A DNA stretch of 64,000 nucleotides from Actinomycetota bacterium. Its GTDB lineage: Bacteria; Actinomycetota; UBA4738. Below, piece after piece: positions 36,899 to 47,144 of the stretch. The notes below the pieces were generated by a model that saw only the letters and a list, made by a program, of their open reading frames with translations, did no database searches and had not been told where the DNA came from. A program made the position numbers and the translations under genes. Position 1 is the stretch's first letter. The number at the start of each line of letters is the position of its first letter. The stretch lies in the NCBI GenBank assembly GCA_036406615.1, contig DASXAQ010000020.1:16608-80607 (forward strand), read 5' to 3'.

Positions 36899-39856
36899 GT
36901 GGTGTCGTCGATGCGCAGTAGCATGCGGCCGATGAGCGCCGAACCCTTCCCGTCGTTCTTCGTCCCGGACGAACGGCAGGCCGCGGTGCTGGCTCACCGG
37001 TCCGGTCCGATGGTGGTGACCGGCGCGGCCGGGACGGGCAAGACCGCGATCCTCGTCGAACGCCTTGCCGCCCTCATCGAGGCGGGCGCGGACCCGGAGC
37101 GAACGGTCCTGATCGTGCGGACGGGCCGGGCGAGCCGGTCGCTGCGTGCCACGCTGCTCGGCCGCCTGGGCCGGTCGCTCGCGGGGTTGCGGGTCACGAC
37201 GGTGCACGGCATGGCCAACGACGTGCTCGGGCGGCGGTTCGAGGCGCTGGGATTCGACCGCGCGCCGGACGTGCTGAACGCCGGCGACCAGTTCGCGCGC
37301 GTGAGCGCCATGCTCGCGCAGGACGACGCCTCCCGCTGGCCGGCGTTCGGTCCGATGGTGAAGCTGCGCGGCTTCGCCGATGTCGTCCGGCAGTTCCTGT
37401 TGCGCGCGCAGGAACGGCTGGTGGCGCCGCACGAGGTGGCCGAACGGGCATCGGCGTCGGGCCTGCAGGGGTGGGCGGAGCTCGCCGCCTTCTACCAGCG
37501 GTACCTGGACGAGCTCGCGCGCCACGCGCTCGTCGACTACGCCGGGTTGGTGGTTCGCGCCGGGGAGGCGTCGGCCGAAGCCGAGCCCATCTTCGATCAC
37601 CTGATGGTGGACGACTACCAGGAGGCGACGCCGGCGGCCGAGCGGCTGCTGATCGAGCTGCGCCCCGCGAGCCTGGTGGTGGCCGGCGACCGTGCGTCCC
37701 ATGTGTTCTCGTTCCAGGGCACGACCGACGCGCCGCTCGAGCGGTTCGAGCGTCGGTTCAGCGGCGCGCACGCGGTAGAGCTCGAGGTGCCGCACCGGTT
37801 CGCACGCGGCGGGCCGGTCGCGCGGGCGTGGACCGCCGCGCACACGTCGGAGGAGCAGTCCGCCATCGCGCGAGAGCTTCGGCGCGTGCACGTGCAGGAG
37901 CACGTCGCATGGGAGGACATGGCGGTCGTCGTGCGCCGCCACGGTGACCACCTGGGCGGCCTGCTGCGGGCGCTCGACGACGCCGGCGTGCCGCGCGCCA
38001 CGCCCGACCGGACGCTGTCGCTCGTGGCCGAGCCGGCAGCGTTCCCGTACGTGCTGGCGCTTCGCTGGCTGGCGCGGCCCGAGGAACGCAACGGCCTGGT
38101 CGAGGCCCTCCTGACCTCGGACCTGGCCCGCCTGTCGCCGGCGGCCGCGCGTGGGCTGGTGCGTGCGGCGGTCGCCGCCGGCGGCGAGCCCGCGGACGCG
38201 TTGTCGGGCGACGGGGGCCTGTCCGATGCCGAGGCGCGGGCGCTCGACGGACTGCGTGCCGCGCTGGATCACGCCGCCGGGGTGGCCGACCGCTCGGCGC
38301 TGGACGCGTTCGCGACGCTGTGGCGCGAGCTTCCGTCGTCGCGCCGGCTGGTCGAATCGGGCACGACGCAGGCGGGGCGGCGCGACCTGGACGCGGTGGT
38401 CGCGCTGTCGGAGGCCATCGCCCGCGCGGCGGAACGCGGGGAGCTGCCCGCGGCGGCCTTCCTCGACCTGCTGGAGGCCGGCGACCGCGGGCCGGGCCTC
38501 GATCTCGGGTTCGACGACACCGGGCCCGGCGTGCGGGTGCTGACGGCCCACGGCACGGCCGGCGACGAGTTCGACACGGTCGTGATCGCCGACGCCGTCG
38601 AGGGCAACTTCCCGTCGGTGTCGCGATCCGAGCCGATGTTCGACCTCGCGTTGCTCGAACGGCCGGTGTCGCAGTCCGAACGCAACCGACTTCGGCTGGA
38701 GGATGAACGCCGGCTCTTCACCCTGATCCTGCGGCGAGCGCGTCGCAGCGTGCTGATCACGGCCGGGGACCCCCACGGCGTCGAGACGAACCTGTCCATC
38801 CGCTCGCGGTTCGTGGCCGAACAGGGACTGGCGTGGACGCCGGCGCCGTCCGCGCCGTATCCCGATCCGCTGACCGTCGCCGAGGCGCACGCGACGTGGC
38901 GCCACGTGCTGGCCGATCCCGCGGCGTCGCCGGCCGATCGCCTGGCCGCGCTCGGCGGCATCCAGGCGCTCGGCGTCGATCCGGCGTCGTGGTGGTACCA
39001 GCGCGACTGGACGGGCGACGACCGCCCGCTGCACGAGGAATTGCGCGTGTCGCACTCACGGCTGGAGAAGCTGGAGAACTGCAACCTCCAGTACGTGCTG
39101 GGACAGGAGATCGGGCTCGAGGGCCGCGCGGGCTACCACGCGTGGGTGGGCAGCCTGGTGCACGAGCTGATCGACGAATGCGACCGGGGCACGATCGAAC
39201 GCTCGGAGGCCGCGCTGATCGCGGAGGCCGAACGCCGGTGGCGCCGCGAGCCCTTCCCGTCGCTCGCCGTGTCGGAGGCGTTTCGCCGTCTGGTCACCGA
39301 GGTGGCGCTCCCCGCGTGGGTCCGCGAGTACGGGCAGGCGCCGGCGCTGGCGCACGAGCTCCGGTTCGAGTTCGCGTTTGACGGCGCCCTCGTGGTCGGC
39401 GTGATCGACCGCATCGGCGGCGTCAGCCCCGTGGGGACCCAGATCACCGACTACAAGACGGGGAAGTCGCGAAACGCCGCGCCGGCCGGGGAGAACCTGC
39501 AGCTGGGGATCTACTACCTGGCCGTCCAGCGCGACGAGGATCTCAAGGCCTTCCGGCCGGTGCGCTGCGTCGAGCTGGCGTTCCTTCGCGATCAGGAGCG
39601 CGACGGTTCCGTCGCGCGGACCGTGCGCGCGTTCACCGGGGCCCGCGAGGAGGAGTTCGAGTCGGCGATGGCCGCCCGCCTCGCCGGCCTGATCGACCGG
39701 CTGCGCGAGCTGCAGCGAACGGAGAACTACCGGCCGAACCCCGCCGCGGCGTGCCGCTTCTGCGACTTCAAGACGCTGTGCCCGCTGTGGCCGGAGGGCC
39801 GGCCGCTGTTCCCGGAGCCACGGGCGTCGTTGCCGTTGGTGGAGGTCGCGACGTGA
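36899..39856 (+). CDS. adnA: helicase-nuclease subunit, AdnA-like (UvrD-type motor + RecB/Cas4-type nuclease)
   Basis: GAAGTGKT Walker A. C-terminal nuclease with ITDYKTGKS and Cys cluster C...CRFCDFKTLC. Start uncertain (36899 to 36932). Confidence 0.85.
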   Translation: MVSSMRSSMRPMSAEPFPSFFVPDERQAAVLAHRSGPMVVTGAAGTGKTAILVERLAALIEAGADPERTVLIVRTGRASRSLRATLLGRLGRSLAGLRVTTVHGMANDVLGRRFEALGFDRAPDVLNAGDQFARVSAMLAQDDASRWPAFGPMVKLRGFADVVRQFLLRAQERLVAPHEVAERASASGLQGWAELAAFYQRYLDELARHALVDYAGLVVRAGEASAEAEPIFDHLMVDDYQEATPAAERLLIELRPASLVVAGDRASHVFSFQGTTDAPLERFERRFSGAHAVELEVPHRFARGGPVARAWTAAHTSEEQSAIARELRRVHVQEHVAWEDMAVVVRRHGDHLGGLLRALDDAGVPRATPDRTLSLVAEPAAFPYVLALRWLARPEERNGLVEALLTSDLARLSPAAARGLVRAAVAAGGEPADALSGDGGLSDAEARALDGLRAALDHAAGVADRSALDAFATLWRELPSSRRLVESGTTQAGRRDLDAVVALSEAIARAAERGELPAAAFLDLLEAGDRGPGLDLGFDDTGPGVRVLTAHGTAGDEFDTVVIADAVEGNFPSVSRSEPMFDLALLERPVSQSERNRLRLEDERRLFTLILRRARRSVLITAGDPHGVETNLSIRSRFVAEQGLAWTPAPSAPYPDPLTVAEAHATWRHVLADPAASPADRLAALGGIQALGVDPASWWYQRDWTGDDRPLHEELRVSHSRLEKLENCNLQYVLGQEIGLEGRAGYHAWVGSLVHELIDECDRGTIERSEAALIAEAERRWRREPFPSLAVSEAFRRLVTEVALPAWVREYGQAPALAHELRFEFAFDGALVVGVIDRIGGVSPVGTQITDYKTGKSRNAAPAGENLQLGIYYLAVQRDEDLKAFRPVRCVELAFLRDQERDGSVARTVRAFTGAREEEFESAMAARLAGLIDRLRELQRTENYRPNPAAACRFCDFKTLCPLWPEGRPLFPEPRASLPLVEVAT

Positions 39857-42800
39857 CGGCCGCCGGCATCCCGCGCGAGGTCGTCGAGGCCATGGGCGCC
39901 GAGCCCACGCCCGAGCAGTGGCGGGCGATCTCGATGCCGCTGGAGCCCTACGTGATCGTGGCCGGCGCCGGTTCGGGCAAGACCTCGGTGATGGCGGCCC
40001 GCGTCGTCTACCTGGCGCTGGTGGCGCTCGGCCGGATCGACGCGGGGCACCCGGGCGTGCTGCCCGGCAACGTCCTGTGCCTGACGTTCACGAACAAGGC
40101 GACCGAGCACCTGACGCAGCGGGTCCGCCGCGCCCTGCTGGCGGTGGAGCTCGCGGAAGGCGAGGAGCCGACGGTCCTCAACTACCACTCGTTCGCGGCG
40201 CAGGTGCTCGAGCGCCACGGGCTGCTCGCCGGCATCGAGCCGGGCCAGCGCGTGCTCACCCAGGCGCAGCGCGTGGAGCTGTGCGGGCGCGTGCTCGATG
40301 AGGTGGAGTTCCGCAAGGTCAAGGCCGAATGGCAGCCCTCGCTCGTGACGAAGATCCTGTCGCTGGCCGACCAGGCGGCCAACCACCGCGTCACGGCCGA
40401 CGAGATCCTGGCGTTCAACGCCGAACGCATCCAGGAGCTGCGCCGGCTGAAGGGCACGCGGACGCTGGAGGCCGCCGAGCAGCGGCTGGAGCTGGCCGGG
40501 GCGGTTCGGAGGTTCCAGGAGCTCAAGCGCGAGCTCGGCGTGATCGACTTCGGCGACCAGATCACCCTGGCTCTGGACATCGTGACGCGGTTCCCGCAGG
40601 TCGGCGCCGACTACCGCGTGCGGTACCAGTCGGCCGTGCTGGACGAATACCAGGACACGAACGTCGCACAGGCGGCGCTGCTGCACGCGCTGTTCGCCGA
40701 CGGGTTCCCGCTGACCGCGGTCGGCGATCCCGATCAGAACATCTACGCGTGGCGCGGAGCGAGCCTGTTCAACCTGATGGAGTTCCGCCGCCAGTTCGCC
40801 GCGCCGGGCGGCGCCGAGGCGCAGCAGCTGCCGCTGTACACGAACTTCCGGTCGGGCGCGCGGATCCTGGCCGCGGCCGACCGCGTGATCGCGCCGCTCC
40901 CGGCGGCGCAGCGGCCCGACCCCGACAAGCAGCTGCAGCCCTGGCCGTCGAACGGGCTCGGCTCCGTCGAGCTGGCGATGCTCGGCGACGAGTGGGCCGA
41001 GGCCGAGTGGATCGCCGAGCGCATCCTCGGGCTCCGCTCGCGTGTGCCGGCGCTCGCCTGGTCCGACGTCGCGGTCCTGTGCCGCAAGAGCAGGCTGTTC
41101 GCTCCGCTGCAGGAGGCCTTCGCCGAGCGCGGCATCCCGGTCGAGGTGGTCGGGCTCGCGGGCCTTCTGAACCAGCCCGAGGTCGTCGAGGTGCTGGCGT
41201 ATGCGCGCGCGGTGGCGGACCCGACCGACGGCGTCAGCCTGGCGCGCATCCTGATGGGTCCCCGCTACCGGGTCGGGTTCAAGGACCTGGCGCGCGTCGG
41301 CGGCTGGGCGAAGCACCGCAACACCGCCCTGCGCGACGAGGACGCGGACGAGGACACGCCGGCGTTCCTGTTCGCCGAGGCCATCGAGCACCTCGATCAG
41401 GTGGAGCGCCTGAGCGAGGAGGGGCGGGCGCGCCTGGAGGAGCTTCGCGACGAGCTGGTCGCGCTTCGCCTGGAGGCGCGAAAGACCGTGGGGGAGTTCC
41501 TTGCCGAGGTCATCCGCCGCACCGGCCTGCTGGCGGAGCTGGACGCGAGCGTCGACCGCGCGTGGGCCGCGGCGGCAAAGCGGAACCTGGCGGCATTCCT
41601 GGACGAGGTCCACGCGTTCTCCCCGGTCGAGGGCGAGCTCACGCTGAAGGCCTTCCTGGACTACGTCGACGTGGTGCGCGCCGGCGAGCGACAGGAGTGG
41701 TCGCCCGTGCAGCCGAGCGGCGACGACTCCGTCAAGGTCATGACGATCCATCAGGCGAAGGGGCTCGAATTCCCCGCGGTGTTCGTCCCCGGGCTCGCGA
41801 ACGGGCTGCTCCCCGACGCGAAGGTCCAGCAGAACCCGGCGGAGAAGGGCGACTCGCTCGACTTCGACCTGCGCGGCGACCGGGAGATGCTGCCGAAGTT
41901 CCAGGGCGTGCTGCGGTCGTTCTGGCAGGACCTGCGCGACCAGGCCATGATCGAGGAGCGGCGCACCCTGTACGTGGCGCTCACGCGGGCGAAGCAGTGG
42001 CTGTTCGTGAGCGGCGCGCACTGGTACGGCGACGACACGCAGAAGCCGAAGCCGCAGAGCCGCTTCATGGACGAGCTGTCGACATGGGCGGCCGAGACGC
42101 CAGACGTGGTCGTGGACCCGGGGCCCGACGTTCCCGAGGAGAACCCGCTGGCGGGGTTCCGAAACCGGTTCGTCCGCGATTGGCCGGGTCCGGCGCGCCG
42201 CGACGAACCGGACGATCTGTTTGCGCAGGGCTGGCGCCGGGTGGCGGTCGACGCGGCGCGGTCGCCGGCCACGGTCGGCGCGCTCGCCGCGGCCCTGCCG
42301 GCCGGCGAACGCGCCGCGTTCGAAGCCTCGTCGGCGGATCGCCGCACCGTCGCCATCAACCTGGTGGAGCGCGAGTCGGACGCGGCCGGCGCCGACGGCG
42401 CGCTGGCGGGCTTCGGGCCGGCCGGCCCCACAGGGCCCACCGGTACCGGCGGCCCCGCCGGGGCGCCCGGCGGGGGGCGCGGCGGTCCCTCGAGCGTGTC
42501 GGTCGGCGGGCTCATCGACTACGCGCGATGCCCGAAGCGCTTCTACTGGAGTGCGATCCGACCGCTCCCGCGCTTCAGCGGCCCGAGCGCCAGGATCGGT
42601 ACGCGGATCCACGCGTGGATCGAACGTCGCGCCGGCGGGCAGGCGACCCTGTTCGAGCTCGAGGAGCGCCCCGACCTGACCCAGGAGGAGCTGGCGGGGG
42701 AGCCGGGACGGCTCGAACGCCTGCAGCAGGCGTTCCTGGAGAGCCGGTTCGCCGACGCCCCGCCGCTGTACGCGGAGCGGCCGTTCCTGCTCTCGCTCGA

Positions 42801-43179
42801 GGGTTACACGGTCGCCGGACGCATCGACGCGATCTTCGGGACGCCCGAGGGTCCCTGGGAGGTCGTCGACTACAAGACGGGACGAAAGCCCGCCGCCGAC
42901 GACCCGCTGGCGGGCCTGCAGCTGGACGTCTACGCGCTCGCCTGCACGGAGGTATGGGGCAAGCGGCCCGAGGATCTCTCGCTCATCTACTTCTACCTGT
43001 CCACGGGCGAAGAGGACGTCCGGCCCGCGGACGATCCCGCCGCCGTCCGGGCTCGCGTGCTGGAGGCGCTGCGAGGCATCGCGCGCGGACGCTTCGACCC
43101 GCAGCCCGGCGACCAGTGTCGCTGGTGCGACTTCCTGTCGTTCTGCGACGCGGGACGCGCCCACGTGGGCGCCGACTGA
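39853..43179 (+). CDS. adnB: helicase-nuclease subunit, AdnB-like
   Basis: GTG overlaps the adnA stop (GTGA). AGAGSGKTS, DEYQDTN, TIHQAKGLEF, VALTRAK, and nuclease VVDYKTGRK + C...CRWCDFLSFC. Confidence 0.85.
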   Translation: MTAAGIPREVVEAMGAEPTPEQWRAISMPLEPYVIVAGAGSGKTSVMAARVVYLALVALGRIDAGHPGVLPGNVLCLTFTNKATEHLTQRVRRALLAVELAEGEEPTVLNYHSFAAQVLERHGLLAGIEPGQRVLTQAQRVELCGRVLDEVEFRKVKAEWQPSLVTKILSLADQAANHRVTADEILAFNAERIQELRRLKGTRTLEAAEQRLELAGAVRRFQELKRELGVIDFGDQITLALDIVTRFPQVGADYRVRYQSAVLDEYQDTNVAQAALLHALFADGFPLTAVGDPDQNIYAWRGASLFNLMEFRRQFAAPGGAEAQQLPLYTNFRSGARILAAADRVIAPLPAAQRPDPDKQLQPWPSNGLGSVELAMLGDEWAEAEWIAERILGLRSRVPALAWSDVAVLCRKSRLFAPLQEAFAERGIPVEVVGLAGLLNQPEVVEVLAYARAVADPTDGVSLARILMGPRYRVGFKDLARVGGWAKHRNTALRDEDADEDTPAFLFAEAIEHLDQVERLSEEGRARLEELRDELVALRLEARKTVGEFLAEVIRRTGLLAELDASVDRAWAAAAKRNLAAFLDEVHAFSPVEGELTLKAFLDYVDVVRAGERQEWSPVQPSGDDSVKVMTIHQAKGLEFPAVFVPGLANGLLPDAKVQQNPAEKGDSLDFDLRGDREMLPKFQGVLRSFWQDLRDQAMIEERRTLYVALTRAKQWLFVSGAHWYGDDTQKPKPQSRFMDELSTWAAETPDVVVDPGPDVPEENPLAGFRNRFVRDWPGPARRDEPDDLFAQGWRRVAVDAARSPATVGALAAALPAGERAAFEASSADRRTVAINLVERESDAAGADGALAGFGPAGPTGPTGTGGPAGAPGGGRGGPSSVSVGGLIDYARCPKRFYWSAIRPLPRFSGPSARIGTRIHAWIERRAGGQATLFELEERPDLTQEELAGEPGRLERLQQAFLESRFADAPPLYAERPFLLSLEGYTVAGRIDAIFGTPEGPWEVVDYKTGRKPAADDPLAGLQLDVYALACTEVWGKRPEDLSLIYFYLSTGEEDVRPADDPAAVRARVLEALRGIARGRFDPQPGDQCRWCDFLSFCDAGRAHVGAD

Positions 43180-43210
43180 TCAGCGCCTGCGCACGCGTTG
43201 GCGCCGACTG

Positions 43211-44305
43211 TCAGCGCCGGCGCAGCAGCCGGTCGTAGTCGGTGTCCTCGACGACGCCCACCAGCCGGCCCCCGTCGATCACCACCACCACGGTGCCGCC
43301 CGATTCGGACAGGCGCTGCATGACCGAGGACATCGGGTCGTCCGGCCCGGCGACGACGGCCGCGTCGGGCCGCACCATCGCCTCGCGGACCGGGCGCTCG
43401 GGCGTGGCATCGCCGGCGGTCGTCAAGGAGACGAAGCCGATCAGGCTTCCGTGCTCCATCACGGGGAACGCCTCGCGCTCGTGTCCGATCAGGAAGCGCT
43501 CGAGTGCCTCGCCGACCGTCATGTCGCCGGGGACGGCCGGCGGCGGAGGCGACATCAGCTCGCGGACCTGGGTGGTCTCGAGCACACGCCGGCGACGTCC
43601 GTCGCGGATCGCCCCGGCGGCAGCCTGGAAGATCATGAACCCGATCAGGCCGCTCCAGAGCCAGTCGTAGTTCTGCCGCAGGCCCGCCTCGACGATCGCC
43701 AGCGCGATCAGCGCCAGCCCGAAACCCTGTCCGATACGGGCGGAGATGGTGGTCGCCGTCCCGAGGCTCCCGGTCAGCTTCCACAGGCCGGAGCGCACCA
43801 GCCGGCCGCCGTCCAGCGGGAACGCGGGCAGAACGTTGAAGACCGCCAGGGCCAGGTTCAGCCGCCCGAGGTAGTCGAACGTGACGTCGATGGGACCCGG
43901 CAACGCGCCCGATCCGTGCAGCAGGAGGAACGCGCCGCCGATGACCGCGCTCGCGATCGGTCCCACGACCGTGGTGAGGAACTCGTCGCCCGGGCCGCGG
44001 TCATCCATGCGCGCATACGTGGCCCCGCCGAACATGTACAGAACGATCCCGAGCACCTCGATCCCGCGCAGGCGCGACATGCCGGCGTGCGCGAGCTCGT
44101 GGCCCAGGATCGAGGCGAAGAACAGGACGGCCGCCAGGACGGCCAGGGCCACCGCGCTGCCGGCGCCGATGCCGGGGAAGCGCGTGGGATCGGCGTAGAC
44201 CACCCACAGGTTGCTGGTGAACAGCAGGGCGATGATCGCGAACGACGGGTCCACGTGGACGTCGATGCTCCCGATATGACCGATCCGCCACCCCACCCCC
44301 TGCAT
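43211..44305 (-). CDS. M50 site-2 protease family protein with CBS pair
   Basis: Start MQGVGWRIGHIG. HELAHAG zinc motif, several TM helices, C-terminal CBS domains. Confidence 0.85.
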   Translation of the reverse strand: MQGVGWRIGHIGSIDVHVDPSFAIIALLFTSNLWVVYADPTRFPGIGAGSAVALAVLAAVLFFASILGHELAHAGMSRLRGIEVLGIVLYMFGGATYARMDDRGPGDEFLTTVVGPIASAVIGGAFLLLHGSGALPGPIDVTFDYLGRLNLALAVFNVLPAFPLDGGRLVRSGLWKLTGSLGTATTISARIGQGFGLALIALAIVEAGLRQNYDWLWSGLIGFMIFQAAAGAIRDGRRRRVLETTQVRELMSPPPPAVPGDMTVGEALERFLIGHEREAFPVMEHGSLIGFVSLTTAGDATPERPVREAMVRPDAAVVAGPDDPMSSVMQRLSESGGTVVVVIDGGRLVGVVEDTDYDRLLRRR

Positions 44306-44327
44306 GGTGACCGAGGCTACCGCAGGG

Positions 44328-45263
44328 TCAGGCGCGGTTCTGCACGAACTGCCAGCCGAACCGGCCCTTGATGCACAGGTGGCCGCTGGTGACGTCGTGG
44401 TCCATCGGCGAGCCGACCTTGACGATGTCACCGTCCTGCACGTGCAGCTCCAGCGTGCAGCCCACGCCGCAGTACGGGCAGATCGTGTCGGTCACCGTCT
44501 GCTTCGACTCGTCCCACGTTCCGTCCTCGCGCATCTCGTGCTCGGACCGGAACATCAGCGCGCCGGTGGGGCACACGCCGATGCAGTTACCGCAGTAGAC
44601 GCACGCCGAGTCCGGCAGCGGCACCGCGTACTCGGTCGAGATGCGAGCGTCGAACCCGCGACCGGCCACCGCGATCGCGAACGTGTTCTGCGCATCGACG
44701 CCGCACGCCTCGACGCACTTGTAGCAGAGGATGCACCGCGAGTAGTCGCGCACGTACAGGTCGTTGTCGACCTTGACCGGCTGGTGCACGGTCTCGGCGG
44801 CGGCGCCGTCCGGGGCGTGGTGGTGGCCGGGCCCCCGCGCGTCGCGCTCGCCGCCGGCCGCGGGCTCGGCCGGCCGGCCGTAGCGCCCCGCGTCGGCCGC
44901 GTACTCGCCGATCCACCGCCGGACGTCGTCGCCCGCCAGCGACAGGTCAACCGACGAGGCCAGAAACTCCAGCACCATCCGTCGGCTGTGCTTCACCCGC
45001 TCCGAGTCCGTCGAAACCTTCATACCCGCTTCGGCGGGCCGCGAGCACGCCGGTACGAGCGCGCGCGACCCCTCGACCTCGACGACGCAGACCCGGCAGA
45101 CGTTCACCGGCGTCAGGTTCTCGAGGTAGCACAGCGTCGGCGTGTCGATCCCCTGGGTCCGGCACGCCTCCAGGATCGTCGTGCCCTCCGGAACGCGAAC
45201 GCTTCGCCCGTCGATCTCCACGTCCACCAGGCGCTTCGGCGGCGCCATCATCACGCGGCTCAT
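44328..45263 (-). CDS. formate dehydrogenase alpha subunit, N-terminal Fe-S module only (NuoG/HylA-like, includes the Mo-type 4Fe-4S domain)
   Basis: Start MSRVMMAPPKRLVDVEIDGRSV (ATGA overlap with the upstream stop). 2Fe-2S region (CYLENLTPVNVCRVCVVEV), ferredoxin motifs CILCYKCVEAC and CVYCGNCIGVCP, then CPYCGVGCTLE...GHLCIKGRF. Ends ...GWQFVQNRA. Confidence 0.85.
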   Translation of the reverse strand: MSRVMMAPPKRLVDVEIDGRSVRVPEGTTILEACRTQGIDTPTLCYLENLTPVNVCRVCVVEVEGSRALVPACSRPAEAGMKVSTDSERVKHSRRMVLEFLASSVDLSLAGDDVRRWIGEYAADAGRYGRPAEPAAGGERDARGPGHHHAPDGAAAETVHQPVKVDNDLYVRDYSRCILCYKCVEACGVDAQNTFAIAVAGRGFDARISTEYAVPLPDSACVYCGNCIGVCPTGALMFRSEHEMREDGTWDESKQTVTDTICPYCGVGCTLELHVQDGDIVKVGSPMDHDVTSGHLCIKGRFGWQFVQNRA

Positions 45264-47140
45264 CGCGATCCCGCCCCGTCGAACAGGCGCAGCTTGGCGA
45301 TCGCCGACTGCACGGCGCCGGCGGCCGTCTGGCCCAGGCCGCAGATCGACGCGTCGCGCATCACCTGGGCGATCTCGTCGATGAGCGCCAGGTCGGCGCC
45401 GGTGCCGCCGTTCGATCGTCCATCGGCGAGGCGCCGAAGCGCCTCCTCCTGCCGGACGGTGCCGACGCGGCACGGGACGCACTGCCCGCAGGATTCGTCG
45501 CGGAAGAACGCCGCGATCCGCAGCACGATGTCGACCAGGTCGACCGTGTCGTCGAACGCCATCACGACGCCGGATCCCAGCGAGACGCCGGCCGCGCGCG
45601 CGTCCTCGAACGTCAGTCGCAGGTCCAGGTCGTCCGGCGTGACGAACGCACCGGCCGCGCCGCCCAGCAGGATGGCCTGCAGCGCACGGCCTTCGCGCAC
45701 ACCCCCCGCCTGGTCCAGCAGCTCGCGAAGCGTCGTGCCGAACTCGATCTCGTACAGGCCCGGCCGCTCGACGCATCCGCTCAGGCAGAACAGGCGCGTG
45801 CCGGTGGAGTCCGGCGTGCCGATCCGCGCGAACGCCGGTCCCCCGATGCGAAGGATCTCCAGCACGTTCAGCAGCGTCTCGACGTTGTTGATGCCGGTCG
45901 GCTTGCCGAACACGCCGTGCGTGACGGGGAACGGCGGCTTGTTGCGAGGCTCGGCGCGCTTGCCCTCGATCGAGTTGAAGAGCGCCGTCTCCTCGCCGGC
46001 GATGTACGCGCCGGCGCCGCGGCGAAGCTCGATGTCGAACGCGAACCCCTCGCCCATGACGTTGGCACCCAGGAACCCGCGCGCGCGGCATTGCTCGATC
46101 GCGTTTCGCAGCCGCTCGTGCGCCAGGGGATACTCGCCGCGGATGTAGAGGTAGCCGGCCTCGCTGCCGGTGGCGTAGCCGGCGATCGTGAGCGCCTCGA
46201 CGACCGCGAAGGGGTCTGCCTCCATCACGACCCGGTCCTTGAACGTGCCGGGCTCGGACTCGTCCGCGTTGCACACGAAGAAGTGGGGACGGACCGGTTG
46301 CTTCGCGACCGCCTCCCACTTCACGCCGGTGGGGAACGCGGCGCCACCGCGCCCGAGCAGGTTGGCGTCCTTCACCTCGCGGATGACGCCCTCGGGCCCG
46401 AGCGCCACGGCGGTCCGCAGCGCTTCGTACCCGCCGTGCGACCGGTAGGAATCGAGCGAGGTCGGATCCGCCTTGCCGACCCGCGTGAGGAGTGGGCCTG
46501 CCGAGCCGCCGCGCTGCATCGAGGCGGAAAGTCGCGTCTCACTGCGCCAATAGGGAGCGTCGTCTTCCGATGGGTCGCCGAGCCCGGCCTCTCGCACGAG
46601 GTCCGCGATCCGGGCGACGCCCACAGAGACGTCATGGCCGGCAAGCGACCCGTTCTGCACGAGCGCGGCCGGCGCCGCTTCGCACATGCCGAGACACGGG
46701 CTGCGGAGCCACGTCGCGCCGTCCCTGTCGGATCCGGGCGGACCGAACTCGCGTTCCAGGCTGGCGCACAGATCTTCGGCGCCGTTCACCCGGCAGGCGA
46801 TGTCGTCGCACACGTGCACGACGGTCTTCGGCCGCGGCTCGGTCGAGAACAGCGCGTAGAAGCTCGCCACGCCGTACGCCTCGGCCGGCGGGATCGTCAG
46901 GCGCTGCGCGACGTAGCCGAGCGCGCCCTCGCTGATCCATCCCACACGCGACTGGACCGCGTGCAGGACCGGGAGCAGCAGGTGGCGCTGCTCCCGCGCG
47001 GCCCGGCCGCCGCGGGCGATGTGTCCGTCGAGTTCGGTGCGCGAGCCGCCGACCCAACCGCTCTCGGGCTGCCCCAGGATGCCGTCGACGGCCGCGCGCT
47101 CCTCGTCGGTCGCCGACGCGGGCAGGAGGTGCAGGTCCAT
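45260..47140 (-). CDS. fused NuoE-NuoF-like (FdsG/FdsB) NAD(H)/FMN/Fe-S subunit
   Basis: 626 aa. NuoE-like 2Fe-2S part (VCDDIAC...CLGMC). NuoF part GRGGAAFPTGVKW, CNADESEPGTFKDR, ESCGQCVPCRVGT. Confidence 0.9.
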   Translation of the reverse strand: MDLHLLPASATDEERAAVDGILGQPESGWVGGSRTELDGHIARGGRAAREQRHLLLPVLHAVQSRVGWISEGALGYVAQRLTIPPAEAYGVASFYALFSTEPRPKTVVHVCDDIACRVNGAEDLCASLEREFGPPGSDRDGATWLRSPCLGMCEAAPAALVQNGSLAGHDVSVGVARIADLVREAGLGDPSEDDAPYWRSETRLSASMQRGGSAGPLLTRVGKADPTSLDSYRSHGGYEALRTAVALGPEGVIREVKDANLLGRGGAAFPTGVKWEAVAKQPVRPHFFVCNADESEPGTFKDRVVMEADPFAVVEALTIAGYATGSEAGYLYIRGEYPLAHERLRNAIEQCRARGFLGANVMGEGFAFDIELRRGAGAYIAGEETALFNSIEGKRAEPRNKPPFPVTHGVFGKPTGINNVETLLNVLEILRIGGPAFARIGTPDSTGTRLFCLSGCVERPGLYEIEFGTTLRELLDQAGGVREGRALQAILLGGAAGAFVTPDDLDLRLTFEDARAAGVSLGSGVVMAFDDTVDLVDIVLRIAAFFRDESCGQCVPCRVGTVRQEEALRRLADGRSNGGTGADLALIDEIAQVMRDASICGLGQTAAGAVQSAIAKLRLFDGAGSR

Positions 47141-47144
47141 CCGA

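Noticed and set aside
39727-43238. 1145-aa minus-strand ORF and 969-aa plus-strand alternate-frame ORF across adnB
   Set aside because: Both overlap the motif-rich AdnB frame (Walker A, DEYQDTN, nuclease DYKTGRK). Both are low-complexity Arg/Gly/Pro sequences.
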